A stretch of 64,000 nt of DNA from Octopus vulgaris (GCA_951406725.2 OX597820.1:115878001-115942000), one strand, 5' to 3'; shown: positions 1 to 13,252, counted from the first letter of the stretch. Notes: generated from the sequence alone by a model not told the origin. Made by a program: numbers and translations.

Positions 1-42
1 CACCTGATGAAGGCTGGAGGGTATATCAGCCGAAAAGTTGTG
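1..42 (+). ncRNA. Minimal type I hammerhead ribozyme (Penelope pLTR type), probably mutated
   Basis: CAC-CTGATGA-A-GGCTG(10 nt)CAGCC-GAAA-A-GTT-GTG. Helix I is CAC/GTG and helix II has 5 bp. Position 36 is A where C is needed to pair with G. Truncated by the window edge. Confidence 0.65.
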
Positions 43-1478
43 TTAACAACAAACATGAGGAGGACAAATATCTGTCAAATGTAAATAATGTAAATAATTC
101 CTCATCTCTTAAATATAGAATGATGTTAATGTTGTTTTAGCCCCAGGAAAACATCTTTTCAAGCTGGCTATCCTAGGGCTAAAACCAACCACTTTACAGA
201 GTGTACTGGGTGCTTTTTATTAGGTTCTGGCAATAGTGAGGTCACTGACTAACTCACAAGATAAGATCCCTTAACTGAGATGGGGAGTAGCATTGAGGGG
301 GACCACTTTATGCCAGGTGATGAGAGGTTAAAGTATGATAAAGGGAAAGAAACAGGTACCTTGCAGTAGAGGAGATATATGGCCACCCCAGCTGGAAAAG
401 GATAGAAGCTGGTGGGGAAGTGTCAGAATGTATTCTCAGCTTATAGGAAGGTGACCATAAGACAAGTGGACCAAAGGATTGGACAGGATGACTGGATATA
501 TCCTGTCCACAAGAGTGTGAGTGGCAGATGATGGATAAAGATAGGGATAGAGGTGAGTGCAGAGATTGTTGAAGACAAGTGGAGACATATTTGATGGTGA
601 ATACCAGATGCTTTGTGGAGGAGAGAAGGTGGAGGCACCAGGAGGTAGAACAGATGATGCGAAGTACTGGTGGTGTGTTTGTGTCAGAAATAATAATAAT
701 TATTATGAGAGTGATATCTGGTGGAATTGGTGGAGCGACAAACTAAGATGCCTTGTGATATTTTGTTAAATATTTTGTTTTGAGTTCAAAACCTGTTTAG
801 TTCAAATTTGCCTTTCACCTTTCTAGGATCAATAAAAACAAGTACCAGTCATATATTTAGGTCAAGTTAACTGACTGTAGCCCTCTGAAATCTGAAAAGC
901 AGTGAATTGGATGATCTTTGATTTTGTCTTTTATCCATGAGATTTATAAATTAAATACCAGTTAAATAATGAAGTTGGTATAATCAACTCTACACCATCA
1001 CAAAACTGATGGTTTTGTGTGTTTATGCTAAAAATTATTATTATTATTGAGTGAGGGTGCAATGCATGCCATCAAATTGACATTGGGGTACAAAAGGGTA
1101 CAACAGGCACATACAGCACAACCATATGTGCGCAACATGGTGATTTCATATCAAGATAAACAGCACATGACCTGGAAGATGGAACCCAGTTAGAATTTTC
1201 TTCAGGTTGAGTAGCCCATCACACTGAAAAGATCTCTGAATAAGGTTTGTTTAAGGATGATGAACGAAACACCCAGGTTTCCAGAGGTGAATTGTTCAAA
1301 CCTACCAAAGAATTCCTCTCAACACATGGTTATGATGTTCCCCCAGTGTTTCTGCTTGTGATCAGAGATACATATATCGTCAGCCACCAAGGGACATGCT
1401 CAACTGGTTAAGGTCAAGCGACTGACAAGCAAATCTGTGGTATTGAGCAGAATATTGGCTGTAGCCCATTTTCCATAC

Positions 1479-1547
<69 letters not shown>

Positions 1548-1565
1548 CATCATTATTATTTAAGG

Positions 1566-1730
1566 CGCAGGAATGGCCATGTGGTAAAAAGCTTGCTTAC
1601 CAACCACAGTTTTGGGTTCAGTCCCACTGCATGGCACCTTGGGCAAGTGTCTTCTACTATAGCCTAGGGTCAACTAAAGCCTTGTGAGTGGATTTGGTAG
1701 ATGGAAACTGAAAGAAACCCGTCGCATGTA
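1566..1730 (+). mobile_element. tRNA-derived SINE family A, 5' part
   Basis: A-box-like TGGCCATGTGG and B-box-like GGTTCAGTCCC. The body GGCAAGTGTCTTCTACTATAGCC...GGATTTGGTAGATGGAAACTGAAAGAA recurs more than 10 times in the window. Confidence 0.85.
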
Positions 1731-1741
1731 CATATATATAT

Positions 1742-2141
1742 ATTTTACTTGTTTTAGTCATTTGACTGTGGCCATACTGGAGCACTGCCTTTAGTCGAGC
1801 AAATCGACCCCAGGACTTATTCTTTGTAAGCCTAGTACTTATTCTATCAGTCTTTTTTGCTGAACTGCTAACTTACGGGGACGTAAACACACCAGCCTCG
1901 GTTGTCAAGTGATGTTGGGGGGACAAACACAGACACACAAACATATACACACACACATACACACACACATATATACATATATACGACGGGCTTCTTTCAG
2001 TTTCCGTCTACCAAATCCATTCACAAGGCTTTGGTCGGCCCGAGGTTATAGTGGAAGACACTTGCCCAAGGTGCCAGGCAGTGGGACTGAACCTGGAACC
2101 ATGTGGTTGGTAAGCAAGCTACTTACCATACAGCCACTCCT
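1742..2141 (-). mobile_element. SINE family A, near full length
   Basis: Reverse complement of the 44812-45150 copy, including the CAAGTAAAA tail. Confidence 0.85.
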
Positions 2142-2944
2142 ACACCTATATGAAAGAAGGTTTGAAAATGCAATTCTAAAGATGTTTATTCAGTTGACTG
2201 ATTTTACTTTTTTAGAAAAAGATTGTCAAAAGTAAAATGGAAAGCTTTGTATAAGTTTTGTTGTGTGTTTTTTTTTATGTATAAACTTTTACACTAAGAT
2301 CCCACATCAATATGGACTGGAAACCATTGAATTCTGGCTAGAAAAATACTTTTTCTGTTTTGTGTGTATATAAGGAATGTTTGCTATTTTAAGGGACAAT
2401 GTGGGAAGGTGGTTGGGGCAGGGGGAAGGAGCAATGTGGAATTAAAAGGATATTTTTGTTTTTGGGTTAGTTTGTCATGGTTCAGTGATTTTGGGGACTG
2501 GTCTTAGGGGTCAGACTGGTGTGAGTGTGTGTGTCTCTATGCACGTCTCTATGTGTGTGTGTATATATACATATGTTTGTGTGTGTGTGCCGTTTTTTAT
2601 TGGTCTCAGAGTTTATTGTGGCATGTGTATATGGGTCTGTGTATATTTCATATTTGGTAGGATGGTCTGTGTATATGTGTATGTGTGTGATTAATATTTG
2701 TTAGGGTGTTGTGTGTGCGCATGTGTGTATGTGTTTGTTCGCGTATGTGTATGTGTGTGTCTGTGGGTGCGTGTGTATGTTTGTGTGTTTTGTGTTGGTG
2801 GGAATGTTATGTGTGTGTGTGCGTGAGCGTGTGTGTATGTGAGTGTGTGTGTGTGTGTGTGTCTGTCTGTTTGACTATGTTTTGTTATAATTGTCCTAGT
2901 GGTGTTGTGTGTGTGTGTATGTGTGTGTATGTGTTTGTGTAAAA

Positions 2945-5160
2945 AAATTACTACAACTCCCCCCCCCCCCACCAACAACAAAGAAAACAAATCACAAAAC
3001 ATCAAACATGCACCACTCCTAACTTTGACAACAACAATAACAGAACTTACAGACAGCACTACAACCCCATCAAAAGAACCCAGACACCCACCAACCCAAG
3101 ACAAAACTTTACCAGACAATGTAGATCCCAGCCCACACAAGAACCATTCCAAAATCGGAGATTCCACCCATCACTTAAGAATTCATCTCTAAACCACGAT
3201 TGTAGGTCCCAACCCAAACCGTTCCAAAGTCGGAGATCCCACTCACCATATAAGAATTCATCTCTAAACCATGATTGTAGGTTCCAACCCACTCTAAGGA
3301 ACCAAAATTACACCCAGTATGAACAACCCAGACCCCAGAATAACCAAAACTCCTTTAGTAGGCAACACATCAATGGGGTAAGACTAACACACCAAAATAC
3401 CGCAGACAGAAGAACCCCCAGAAATCATTTCTTAGGCCAGGGCAACAGAATCCATGACACCAGATTGTAGATACCAAACCTGAAAAACCAAAAATAGTGA
3501 ATCTCTCAAACCTAAACCTGTCGACCCAACAGATCAAAATTCTTTCAAAAGGACAAAAATTCGCTCCAACTCCACAATATCCTAACCTGAGTGAAATACA
3601 TGATAACATCTCACACTTTTGCAAAAAATTACGCTTCACAGAGGAATTTGTTGACAAAGAAATCAATAACAACAAATCAATGGTTCGTAACAAGAGCAGT
3701 TATAATCCCACAAAAGGCAGAAACAAAACTTTGGACAAATTTTGTGACTACATTTCAAACTTTCGTTATAGTGAACTTCCACAACCTAAACCCAAACCAA
3801 ACACCAATAAAAGGGAATGGGAAATCATCTGTGAGTTACGAAACAATCATGACATCAGTCAAGGAAGCAGATAAGGGTTGTACTGTCGTGATTATGGATA
3901 CTGAACAATGCAAAAACTCTGTATCTCAAGACCCATGTCTAAAAAAATACTCGCAACCCATAAAATACTAAAAAGCAAAAGACAACCCAAATCCCTAAAA
4001 AACCTACTCACCAATGCAAAATTACCCAACACAAGCCCACCACCCATCGTCAAAAAATGTGGTCATTCCAACTGCAGGACTTGCATCTACATCATTGAAG
4101 GAACAACATACAAATTCCAGTCGGGACACACTTTTGTCATAAAAAATAACTTCACCTCTGCATCAAAGAATTTACTTTATGCCATAAAGTGTGAAGGGTG
4201 CCACAAAGATTACACAGGGCAAACGAGCCTTACGCTCAGAAAAGGATGACAGTCCACTGCCAACAATTGAGGGATCCCACCACAAGACACATACCACTTA
4301 GTGGGCACTTAGATCTCTGTGCACAAAACAAGTTCCCCAAATTCCTAGTTTTCCCACTATACCAATGCCCGGACAATAAGGAAAATAATCTTATTCAAAA
4401 ACTTACTTAACATACTCAAACATACCCCACACCAGGTACATACCCAAAACAAACACACAGATGTACAAAATCACAGACACACACACAAAACAATGCAAAC
4501 CTCTGATGCAAACACACACACACAAACATATACACACACGCACAAACACAATATCCCCACACTAGAGCACAAACCCACACACATTCCAAGAAAAAACACA
4601 GCTATCATCAGTTAGGGAGCAGAATGCTAGAATCATGATCCCAATCACAGCAGCCACTAAAGACAATGGTCAGCGAGAGAAATGAAATTTACTGTCAGCA
4701 ATTACAGAGTATCACAACCCTACAACTTTCACTAGCTCTATATCTGTTCTCTTACAACGTCATTCTATCGCTATCTGTAGTTTACTGCTAAGAGAATGTG
4801 TACACAAAACTATACCAAGAAAAATTCTACTACATCTAGCTTTCTTTCGCTTGCTCTCGGATTTTATAACCTGCCCGACAAGGCAAGGTATTTTCAACAT
4901 AACAGTAAATAAATACTTTCTTTAAAAATGTACTTTCCATCTTTCATCCTTACATAATGAAGAATCTCAACCTTTTACAAATATGAATTGTTACACATCC
5001 ATTTTCCTGAAAGTTATGACAGAAAAATCAGATCTTGTGAATTCTCCGAAAGTCCTCTCCCCACCCCTCATGTTCGATTGCACAAATTTTCTTTGTCATA
5101 TTCGTTTTCTACACAGTTGTTATCACCCAGCAGTTTTGTTTTTTGTTTTTGTTAACGGAT
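2945..5160 (+). mobile_element. Penelope-like element, internally deleted and frameshifted (boundaries approximate)
   Basis: NLSNLNLSTQQIKILSKGQKFAPTP (PLE N-terminal motif), KEADKGCTVVIMD (start of RT), then CxxxxCxxC linker and NLLYAIKCEGCHKDYTGQT (GIY-YIG), across ORFs 3497-4410. Confidence 0.85.
3121..3291 (+). repeat. 75-bp tandem repeat, about 2.3 copies, in the PLE 5' region
   Basis: AAGAATTCATCTCTAAACC occurs at 3177 and 3252. Confidence 0.85.
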
Positions 5161-5169
5161 GAAGATCTC

Positions 5170-5950
5170 TATATTAACTGACACAACCTGGTCCTAAAGA
5201 ACCAAATTGATCTCAACAACAGTGAAAAAGAAAGCTGTTGAAAGTACCAACTAGAGATTTCATTACCATCGTGCACTCAGGACAGTGGATCCATTCCAAA
5301 AAGAAGAACAACATACTTCCTGTGAGTGATGGAAAGTGGAACAGCTATTGGGAGGTGACTGCAGCTTTACCAGGATGCCAAGGACTCTTTCCCATCCCAG
5401 TTACACAAAAAAATGTATATTTTAATGTGGTGTGAAAGAAAGAAAGTTGTGAATCTAGTTGAGTTAACAGTTCCTCATGAAGATAACATGGACGCCACTT
5501 GGGCTTGAAAGATTAGCAGTTATGTAAACCTCCTCGAGGAATGTGAAGACACAGGCTGGAAAGCAGAGCATTTTCCAATCGGAGTCAGATGTAGAGGGTT
5601 TGTTGGACACAGTATGAGACGACTGTTGTTATTGTTAGGCCTAACTCATCGTAAAGTCAATACCACTATGACCGATATCCAAACTACAGCGGAAAAGGTT
5701 AGCCAATGGATTTGGTTAAAAAGGGACGATGAGCGATGGCTAGAAGAATATTGAGCTTTATTTGATAACCAGTTGATCTAGCAAGTAGAGCCTTATATCA
5801 GTGAGGGGAAGCCAGTGCGCATTGATGCTGTTGAGAGGTAGGCCCTGAAACATTGCGCATTCTCTCCCGATGACTCCATACACTTGCTGGTTTCTGGTAT
5901 GCAGAGTTCTCAACTGGAAGCACTTGCATGGTGCCAGTTGTTTGCAAAAC
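5170..5950 (+). mobile_element. 3' fragment of an RLE-type (Hero/R2-like) non-LTR retrotransposon
   Basis: Decayed frame LVELTVPHEDNMDA..K..Y..LLEEC...GWKAEHFPIGVRCRGFVG...AEKVSQWIWLKR matches the restriction-like endonuclease C-terminus. Confidence 0.75.
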
Positions 5951-6497
5951 ATGCTAATCTTTGATCATCAACAAGCATAGGGGGGGCGAGGAAGAACCTA
6001 GTCTTTGTTTGTGATGTGTGATTGAGTTACTACCATTTGCCTTTGCAATGTGGTTCAATGATGTCATTTGGATCTTATGATTGCCATTATTGCCATCATT
6101 ATTTTCCCACATCTTCCTCTCTTCTTCTTCCTCTTCATCACTGTCATCATTATCATCATCATCATCATTATGACCATTATCATCATTTTCACCACTGTTG
6201 TCATAAACATTATCATTACAATCATTTTTCTTTTTCCAACAATCAATATCAATTATCATCATTATCATCAGACTCATTATCATATTTCCCCTTCATTACC
6301 CTATTAATTATTACCAGTTCGTTTTCCTATCATTATCGTCAGAATATTAATGCAAATGTTTATACTGCAGAAGAGAGTAACCCAGAATCTTTGGCGACCA
6401 AAATCCTGTGACGCATTCACAAATTTCATATCTCATTTATGAAAATTAGACAACTTGCTTTAAGTCTCCTCTCTTCCTCACCCACCTCTTTCTCTCA

Positions 6498-6533
<36 letters not shown>

Positions 6534-6534
6534 A

Positions 6535-6593
<59 letters not shown>

Positions 6594-6638
6594 ATATTTA
6601 TATATATATATATATGTATGTATATATATATATGTATA

Positions 6639-6674
<36 letters not shown>

Positions 6675-7336
6675 TGTATGTATATATATACACACACACA
6701 CACATATATATAGATAGATAGATATAGAAACATATATATATATATATATCTGTCTAATTAAATATTTCTCCTCAAACTCAGATTCTCTCATGACATTTTG
6801 ACTAGTTATTTTTTTCTTTAATTTTCCACTTATAGAAGAGACAAGTAAATGGTATTTTTATATTGAATAATGGAAAAAATATTGATGGCCAAAGCAAAAA
6901 TAGCTGTGTGTTTAAGCTGTTCATTTTGCAACCACATAGCTCAACTTGCAAGAGTCACAATGAGTCATACCACTAGCCTGATGGATTAATGGTTTGTATT
7001 TTGCACATGACTTGTTCTGCATCCAATGAAGAAGGAAAGTTTTCCTTCAGCTCCTCAGCTCTGAACAGAACCACCATCAGTTTACTTGCTCTCTGCCTCA
7101 ATTCCTTGGACTTGTACGGTCAGTTGCTCAGTTTCCATGGCATATAACTAACCAAGATCACCACATTCCACCTAATCAGGATACCAGTCTGTTGTAAGGC
7201 TCAGAGTCGGCAATTTTGAGGGGAGGGGACAAATCAATTACTTGATTCCAGAACTTGGCTGATACTTTATTTTATTGACCCCAAAGGGAAAAAAGGTGAA
7301 GTTAACCTTGGTAAAGATGGAGAAAATGGCATGAAG

Positions 7337-8170
7337 CAAGTATGGCTATGTAGTAAGAAGTCTGCTTCTCAACCACATGGTTACAGGTTCAGTCCCACTG
7401 TATGGCACCCTGGACAAGTATCTTCTGCTATAGCCTCAGGCTGACCAAAGCCCTGTGAGTGGATTTGGTAGATGGAAACTAAAAGAAGCCTGTTGTATGT
7501 ATATATGTCTCTCTCTCTCTCTCTAAACTAGCACCTATGCTAGTGGCTCATAAAAGGCACCTTTTGAGTGTTGGGCCTCACTGAGGCAATGTAGCCAACA
7601 CTGGTGTCGCATAACTAGCACCAGTGGCATATAAAAAGCCACCTTTTGAGTGTTGGGCCTCAAGGAGGCAACGGCAAATGAGCAAGACCTTCAGCAATAT
7701 GCTGTACTTGAGTAGAAGACTCATCAAGCCAATCACAGTCATGACAGACACTAGTGTCACACAACTGGCACCTGTGCCAGTGGCACATAAAAGCACCCGT
7801 TACACTCTCAGAGTGGTTGGCATTAGGAAAGGCACCCAACCATAGAAACCATGCTAAATCAGACTGGAGTTTTGGTGCAGCCCCTCAACTTGCCTGCCCT
7901 AGTCAAACCGGCCAACCCATGCCAGCATGGACAACGGACGTTAAATGATGATATTTGTGTCTGAGTTTGTCCCTCATTACTGCTTGACAACCTGTGTTGG
8001 TGTGTTTATGTCCCTGTAACTTAGCTCTTCAGCAACAGAGACCAATAGAATAAATACCAGGCCTACAAAAAAGAAATAGATAAGTACTGGGGTCAAGCCA
8101 TTTGACAAAACATCCTTCAAGGCGATGCCCCAGCATGGCCACAGTCCAATGACTGGAACAAGAGAAAGAG
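7337..8170 (+). mobile_element. SINE family A, long composite copy
   Basis: Family A head and tail with an extra internal GC-richer segment. Confidence 0.75.
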
Positions 8171-8819
8171 GAAAGACAAGCATTTCGTCAGGAGCGTTAA
8201 GGATTCTGCCAGCTCCCTACACGACCAAATTAGTTGGCTTGGTAAAAATAATTGATGATTTCCATCAGATCATCCTAGGATATCTTAAAACAAGGGAAAG
8301 AAGCATTAGATAAAAAAGTCCTAGAAGGACAGGACGGTCATGGATGGAAGGCTTTTCATTAGGATTAACTTAGTGCTAAGTAACAACAATGACAATATAT
8401 TTGTTCCTTATGTAAATACAAGGGTTCAAATTTGTAATGAGAGGGTGCAGTTGATTATATTGACCTCAGTATGTCACTGGTACTTCATTTTATCGATCCT
8501 GGAAGAATAACAGGCAAAGTTGATCTCAGCAGGTCATCATCACCATCATTGTGATCAGTGCTGTCATCAACATCATCATCGTTTTCATGTCCCCTTTTCC
8601 TTGCTTGTATGTGTCAGACAGAGTTTATTGAGGCAGATTTTTCTATGGCTGGATGCTCTACCTGTTGCTAACCCTCACCTCTTTCCAAAGAAAGTAATAT
8701 TTCCCTAAGGCCAGACACATTTTCACAGAATATTGGAAGTGAATGACACTGCTTGTATGACAGTGATGATCATTTACAACTATCACTTGATGTCAATAAT
8801 TAATTAAATATGCATAATT

Positions 8820-10113
8820 AATGGGTCATCCCATAAATAATGCAGTTTTTTTTATACTTCTTTTATTTTTCAAAATTACGATAAACAAAGTTTTTGTTAA
8901 TCTAAAATATATTCGCCTTCATTTTCTATAATGATCTTCCATCCATCTGGTAGACTTGCAAGGCTCCTCTTCCAAAATTCACTTGTCCGTAACAAAAATT
9001 ACTCCTCCAGTACTGTTCTGACCTTGTTTACAGAATTCATATTTTTTCCATCAAAATGATTTTGAAGACTGCAAAATAAATGATAATCAGATGGGGCAAT
9101 GCCTAGCAAATATGTTGAGTGGGTCATCGTTTCCCATTCAAACTGCTCCAGCCTTTGGAATGTCATCCTTGCTGTATGTGGCTGAGTATTATCCTGATGG
9201 AAAAAACACCTTTCATCTTGAAACTAAAGAAGGTCATTTTCCCTTCTAGCCCTGATTTGAATGACCAAATCCAAGCTTCTCTGCTAGTCCCTCAACAGTT
9301 ACGATGGGATTTTGTTCCACCAGGATTTGCAGGATGTTCTCATTGAGCTCTACAGATCTTCCAGGTCGAGGCTCATCTTCTAGGCTGTATTTTCCAGCTC
9401 GCAATTTCTGGAATCACCGTTGACATTGGCTTTCACTTATTGTTCGAACCCCATATACTGCATTAAGATTCCTCACACTTTCCATTGCATTGTTGCCTTT
9501 ATTGAACTCAAAAAGCAAAATATGCTGAATATAGCTTTGAAAAAAATAACTGCTAAAATTGAACTGCACTCTTCAAAACTTGCACTAAGAATAAGATGAA
9601 GGTAAAACTACTACCTGCTTTTATAGCAAGTTGATGCAGGTAGTTTATCCCATACCCCTACAACTTTTAGTTCATGCAATTGAAAAAAAAACATTGGATG
9701 TAAGCACTCCATCGGTTATGACGACGAGGGTTCCGGTTGATCCGATCAACGGAACAGCCTGCTCGTGAAATTAATGTGTAAGTGGCTGAGCACTCCACAG
9801 ACACGTGTACCCTTAACGTAGTTCTCAGGGATATTCAGCATGACACAGAGAGTGACAAGGCCGGCCCTTTGAAATACAGGTACAACAGAAACAGGAAGAA
9901 AGAGAGAAAGTTGTGGTGTAAGAGTACAGCAGGGATCACCACCATCTCTGCCGGAGCCTTGTGGTGCTTTAGGTGTTTTCGCTCAATAAACACTCACAAC
10001 GCCCGGTCTGGGAATCGAAACCATGATCCTACGACCGTGAGTCCGCTGCCCTGACCACTGGGCCATTGCACCTCCACTGAAAAAAACCCCACATTATATA
10101 TGGGATGACCCAA
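8820..10113 (-). mobile_element. Mariner remnant with TIRs, internally deleted
   Basis: TIRs TGGGTCATCCCATA / TATGGGATGACCCA. Minus-strand remnants: LEDEPRPGRS, FFHQDNTQPH, IAPSDYHLFCSLQN, IIENEGEYILD*. Confidence 0.85.
9694..10076 (-). mobile_element. tRNA-derived SINE (OR-like, Nin/Deu-type body) inserted in the mariner end
   Basis: Head GGAGGTGCAATGGCCCAGTGG...GTTTCGATTCCC, flanked by TGAAAAAAA(A)C duplications. Related copies at 38528, 40320 and 55114. Confidence 0.8.
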
Positions 10114-10440
10114 TAAATTTTGTAAGGAATATTGTCTTGAAAATAAAAGGTAGCCATTTCAACAAAATTTCAGTGTTAGTGGTTCTATCACAGCTGAGGT
10201 GGGGATCCACCTGTTGATGGGTGATTGTACATGAAGAGTGGAACTGGAATTATCTGCTACAAACCTCTCGTCTCTTGTAATCAGAACCAGAGTTTGAAAC
10301 AAGTGGCAAGGCAAATTGCGATGTCATGTATGAGGTTAAGTTCTGGAATAACATTTTCTAGAGTCGAAAGAGGAGTTTCACAGCAGGCAAGCAAATCTCT
10401 TGTGACTTTTGCAGAGAATGGGGAATCATCTTTAAATTTA

Positions 10441-10950
10441 CATACATACATACATACACACACACTCATACATACATGCATGCACACTCATACATACATA
10501 CATACATGCATGCATACATACATACATACATGCATGCATACATACATACACACACTCATACATACATACATACATACATACATACATGCATGCCTACATA
10601 CATACATACATACACACACACTCATACATACATACATACATACATGCGCACATACATACATACATACATGCATGCATGCATACCTACATACATACATACA
10701 TACATACATACATACATACATACATACATACATACATTCATACATACATACACACACACTCATACATACATACATGCAGACATACATAAATACATACATA
10801 CATACATACATACACACACACTCATACATACATACATGCATGCACACATACATACATACATACATACATACACACACTCATACATACATACATGCACACA
10901 TACATACATACATAAATACATACATACATTACATACATACATACATACAC
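10441..10950. repeat. (CATA)n-type microsatellite
   Basis: Degenerate tetranucleotide array that produces the His/Thr/Tyr ORFs. Confidence 0.95.
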
Positions 10951-10999
10951 ATTCCTAGATTTGAACAGAATTACAACGGAAGAGAAACAAACTCAGGAT

Positions 11000-11702
11000 G
11001 CTGTAAATCACCCAACCACATTGGTTGTCTGTTATTTTATCACTTTCAGTCGCAACGACCAACTGTGAGACATTAAAAAGCGGCTTCCAAGACATAATTG
11101 TGAAACATGCACTGGCATTGAAAACGGGTCAAAAGTACAAATAAATAGCTAAACCAATGGACATGAAGCAAGCATTATTGATAAAACATTGAAATGTTTG
11201 GTAGAAAGAGAATGAATTGTATGAGAGATGTTGCTCAGAGCAACAGGATAGAAAACAATCAGAGATGAAGGAGAAGGCAGGGAAAAAGTTATGGACACAA
11301 TATTGATTTCTAACAATGCGAAACACGATCATATGTGTGTGAGAAAGTTGGGTTGTTTTTTTTTCCTTTCATTATTTTTTATTGTTGTTTTTGTTTTGTA
11401 TTTATGTATGCATGTATGTATGTATGTATTGTGTGTGTGTATGTATGTATGTATACTAATTATATCTGTCGGGCATGTGGAAGAGAGTGTAATTCAGCAG
11501 GAGGACTTAAACGACATGCAAAAGTACATGAAGCCCAGTTACAACTACAGCCGGCTATTACCAGTAAAGGTTTTAGTTGCCAATTCTGTACAAGGCATTG
11601 TAGATCTTTAGCTGGGCTAAAATGTCACATTCGATCACAGCACCAGTAACAGTTAAGCCTCGTGCAATGGCCATACTCGATATCGAAGGGGCAGCCATCA
11701 TT
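11000..11702 (+). mobile_element. RTE-type LINE 3' end with two C2H2-like zinc fingers
   Basis: ICRACGRECNSAGGLKRHAKVH and FSCQFCTRHCRSLAGLKCHIRSQH*, then a short 3' UTR and microsatellite tail. Same layout as the RTE end near 40690. Confidence 0.6.
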
Positions 11703-11979
11703 ATGTATGTATGTATGTATGTATGTATTGTGTGTGTGTATCTATGTATGTATTTATGTGTGTATGTATGTATGTATGCATGTATTTATGTGTGTATGTA
11801 TGTATGTATGTATGTATGAATGTGTGTATGTATGTATGTATGTATGTATGTATGTATGTATGTATGTATGTATGTATGTATGTATGTATGTATGTATGTA
11901 TGTATGTATGTATGTATGTATTTATGTATGTATGTATGAATCTGTGTATGTATGTATGAATGCATGCATGTTTTAAAAT

Positions 11980-12140
11980 GCAGGCATGGCTGTATGGTAA
12001 AAAAAGCTAGCTTCCCAACCACATGGTTCTAGATTCAGTCCCACTGCATGGCACCTTGGGCAAGTGTCTTCTACTATAGCTTCGGGCCAAGCAAAGCCTT
12101 GTGAGTGGATTTGGTAGATGGAAACTTAAAGAAGCCCATC

Positions 12141-12172
<32 letters not shown>

Positions 12173-12512
12173 GATTTAGGGTATCTAAGAGATACCACCA
12201 TGCTGAAAATAGCAGTCAAAACCTGACTCTAAAGCCACATTAAATGTTCATATAGCACTAGGAGAGAAGACAGAGAGACAAAATAAACTAGTAAAAAAAT
12301 TTACTGGATAATTCCAGATCCTGGATTTCTGGATTTGCACAAGAGATGCTTTGCCTTCTTCAGTGGAATATACTCAGATAGCACATAAATACAAATATAT
12401 ATACAACATACGATATATTTATATATACGAACATCTTACCTTTGAAAGGTTTTTATTCCCATGCTGGCCACTTGATAAGATCAATATCAAAATATCGATC
12501 TTATCCTTATTT

Positions 12513-12579
<67 letters not shown>

Positions 12580-12780
12580 TATTTTTGTGTTTGTCCCCCA
12601 ATCATTGCTTGACAACTGATGTTGGTATGTTTACGTCCCTGTAACTTAGAAGTTTGGCCATAGAGACAAGTACTAAGCTTACAAAGAATAAGTCCTGGAG
12701 TCAATTTCTTCAACTAAAAGTCAGGGCTCCAGCATGGCCACAATCAAATGACTAAAACAAGTCAAATAAAAGTGAAAAAA
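11980..12780 (+). mobile_element. SINE family A interrupted at its (TA)n by a hammerhead-bearing insert
   Basis: Head at 11980-12140 and tail at 12585-12780. Foreign sequence at about 12165-12515 lies between TA tracts. Confidence 0.75.
12311..12369 (-). ncRNA. Type I hammerhead ribozyme, conserved core nucleotides intact
   Basis: Minus strand: ATTCCA-CTGAAGA-(A GG..GCAT ctctt GTGC..CC A)-GAAA-TCC-A-GGA-TC-TGGAAT. Helix I has 6 bp and the triplet is AUC. Confidence 0.75.
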
Positions 12781-13110
12781 AAAAAAAGGTACGGGTTTGG
12801 TGTGGGAGGAAGGTTTTTTACTGGTGACCTTCACAGCTCCATCTAAGTAAAACTGAGGGGATTTATAATATCAATATTCCTCTTGAAAAATAAGGTAGAG
12901 TGCTGGAAGAATTATTAGTATGTCAGGCAAATTACTTAGCAGCATTTCATCCATCTTCAAGTTCTGAGTTCAAATTCCACTGAAGTCAACTTTGCCTTAG
13001 GGTCAGATAATTTTACAGACAAGAAAGTAAATTTCGAATGCAGTATAACTGAAAACAGCTGAGAAAGGTTGGGTTTTTACCCTTATAAGATGGGAATATG
13101 TTGGCAGCAG

Positions 13111-13180
13111 GTGGCTACAGGAATCGAACCCTGTACCTTCCAGATACTGGCTGAATACTCTGCCAATAAGCTAATACCCA
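13111..13180 (-). pseudogene. tRNA-like sequence (Thr-AGT-like anticodon loop), no good acceptor stem
   Basis: A box TAGCTTATTGG, anticodon arm TTCAG-CCAGTAT-CTGGA, B box GGTTCGATTCC. Confidence 0.6.
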
Positions 13181-13252
13181 ATCTTTCTCTGCATTCGAAA
13201 TTTACTTCTTTTTTGTAAAATACCAACACATTCAATGCTTCTAAAGTTTGTT

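Noticed and set aside
5155-5175. CGGATGAAGATC as the hammerhead of the first Penelope element
   Set aside because: No GAAA or helix III follows. It appears truncated by the adjacent LINE.
5816-5880. CTGTTGA..GAAA and CCGATGA motifs in the Hero-like 3' UTR as a hammerhead
   Set aside because: The core is non-canonical and I could not build a consistent helix I/II/III topology.
10225-11076. Longest ORF (283 aa) and the other His/Tyr/Ile/Cys/Val-rich ORFs
   Set aside because: These are translations of (CATA)n, (TA)n and (CA)n microsatellites that lack stop codons.
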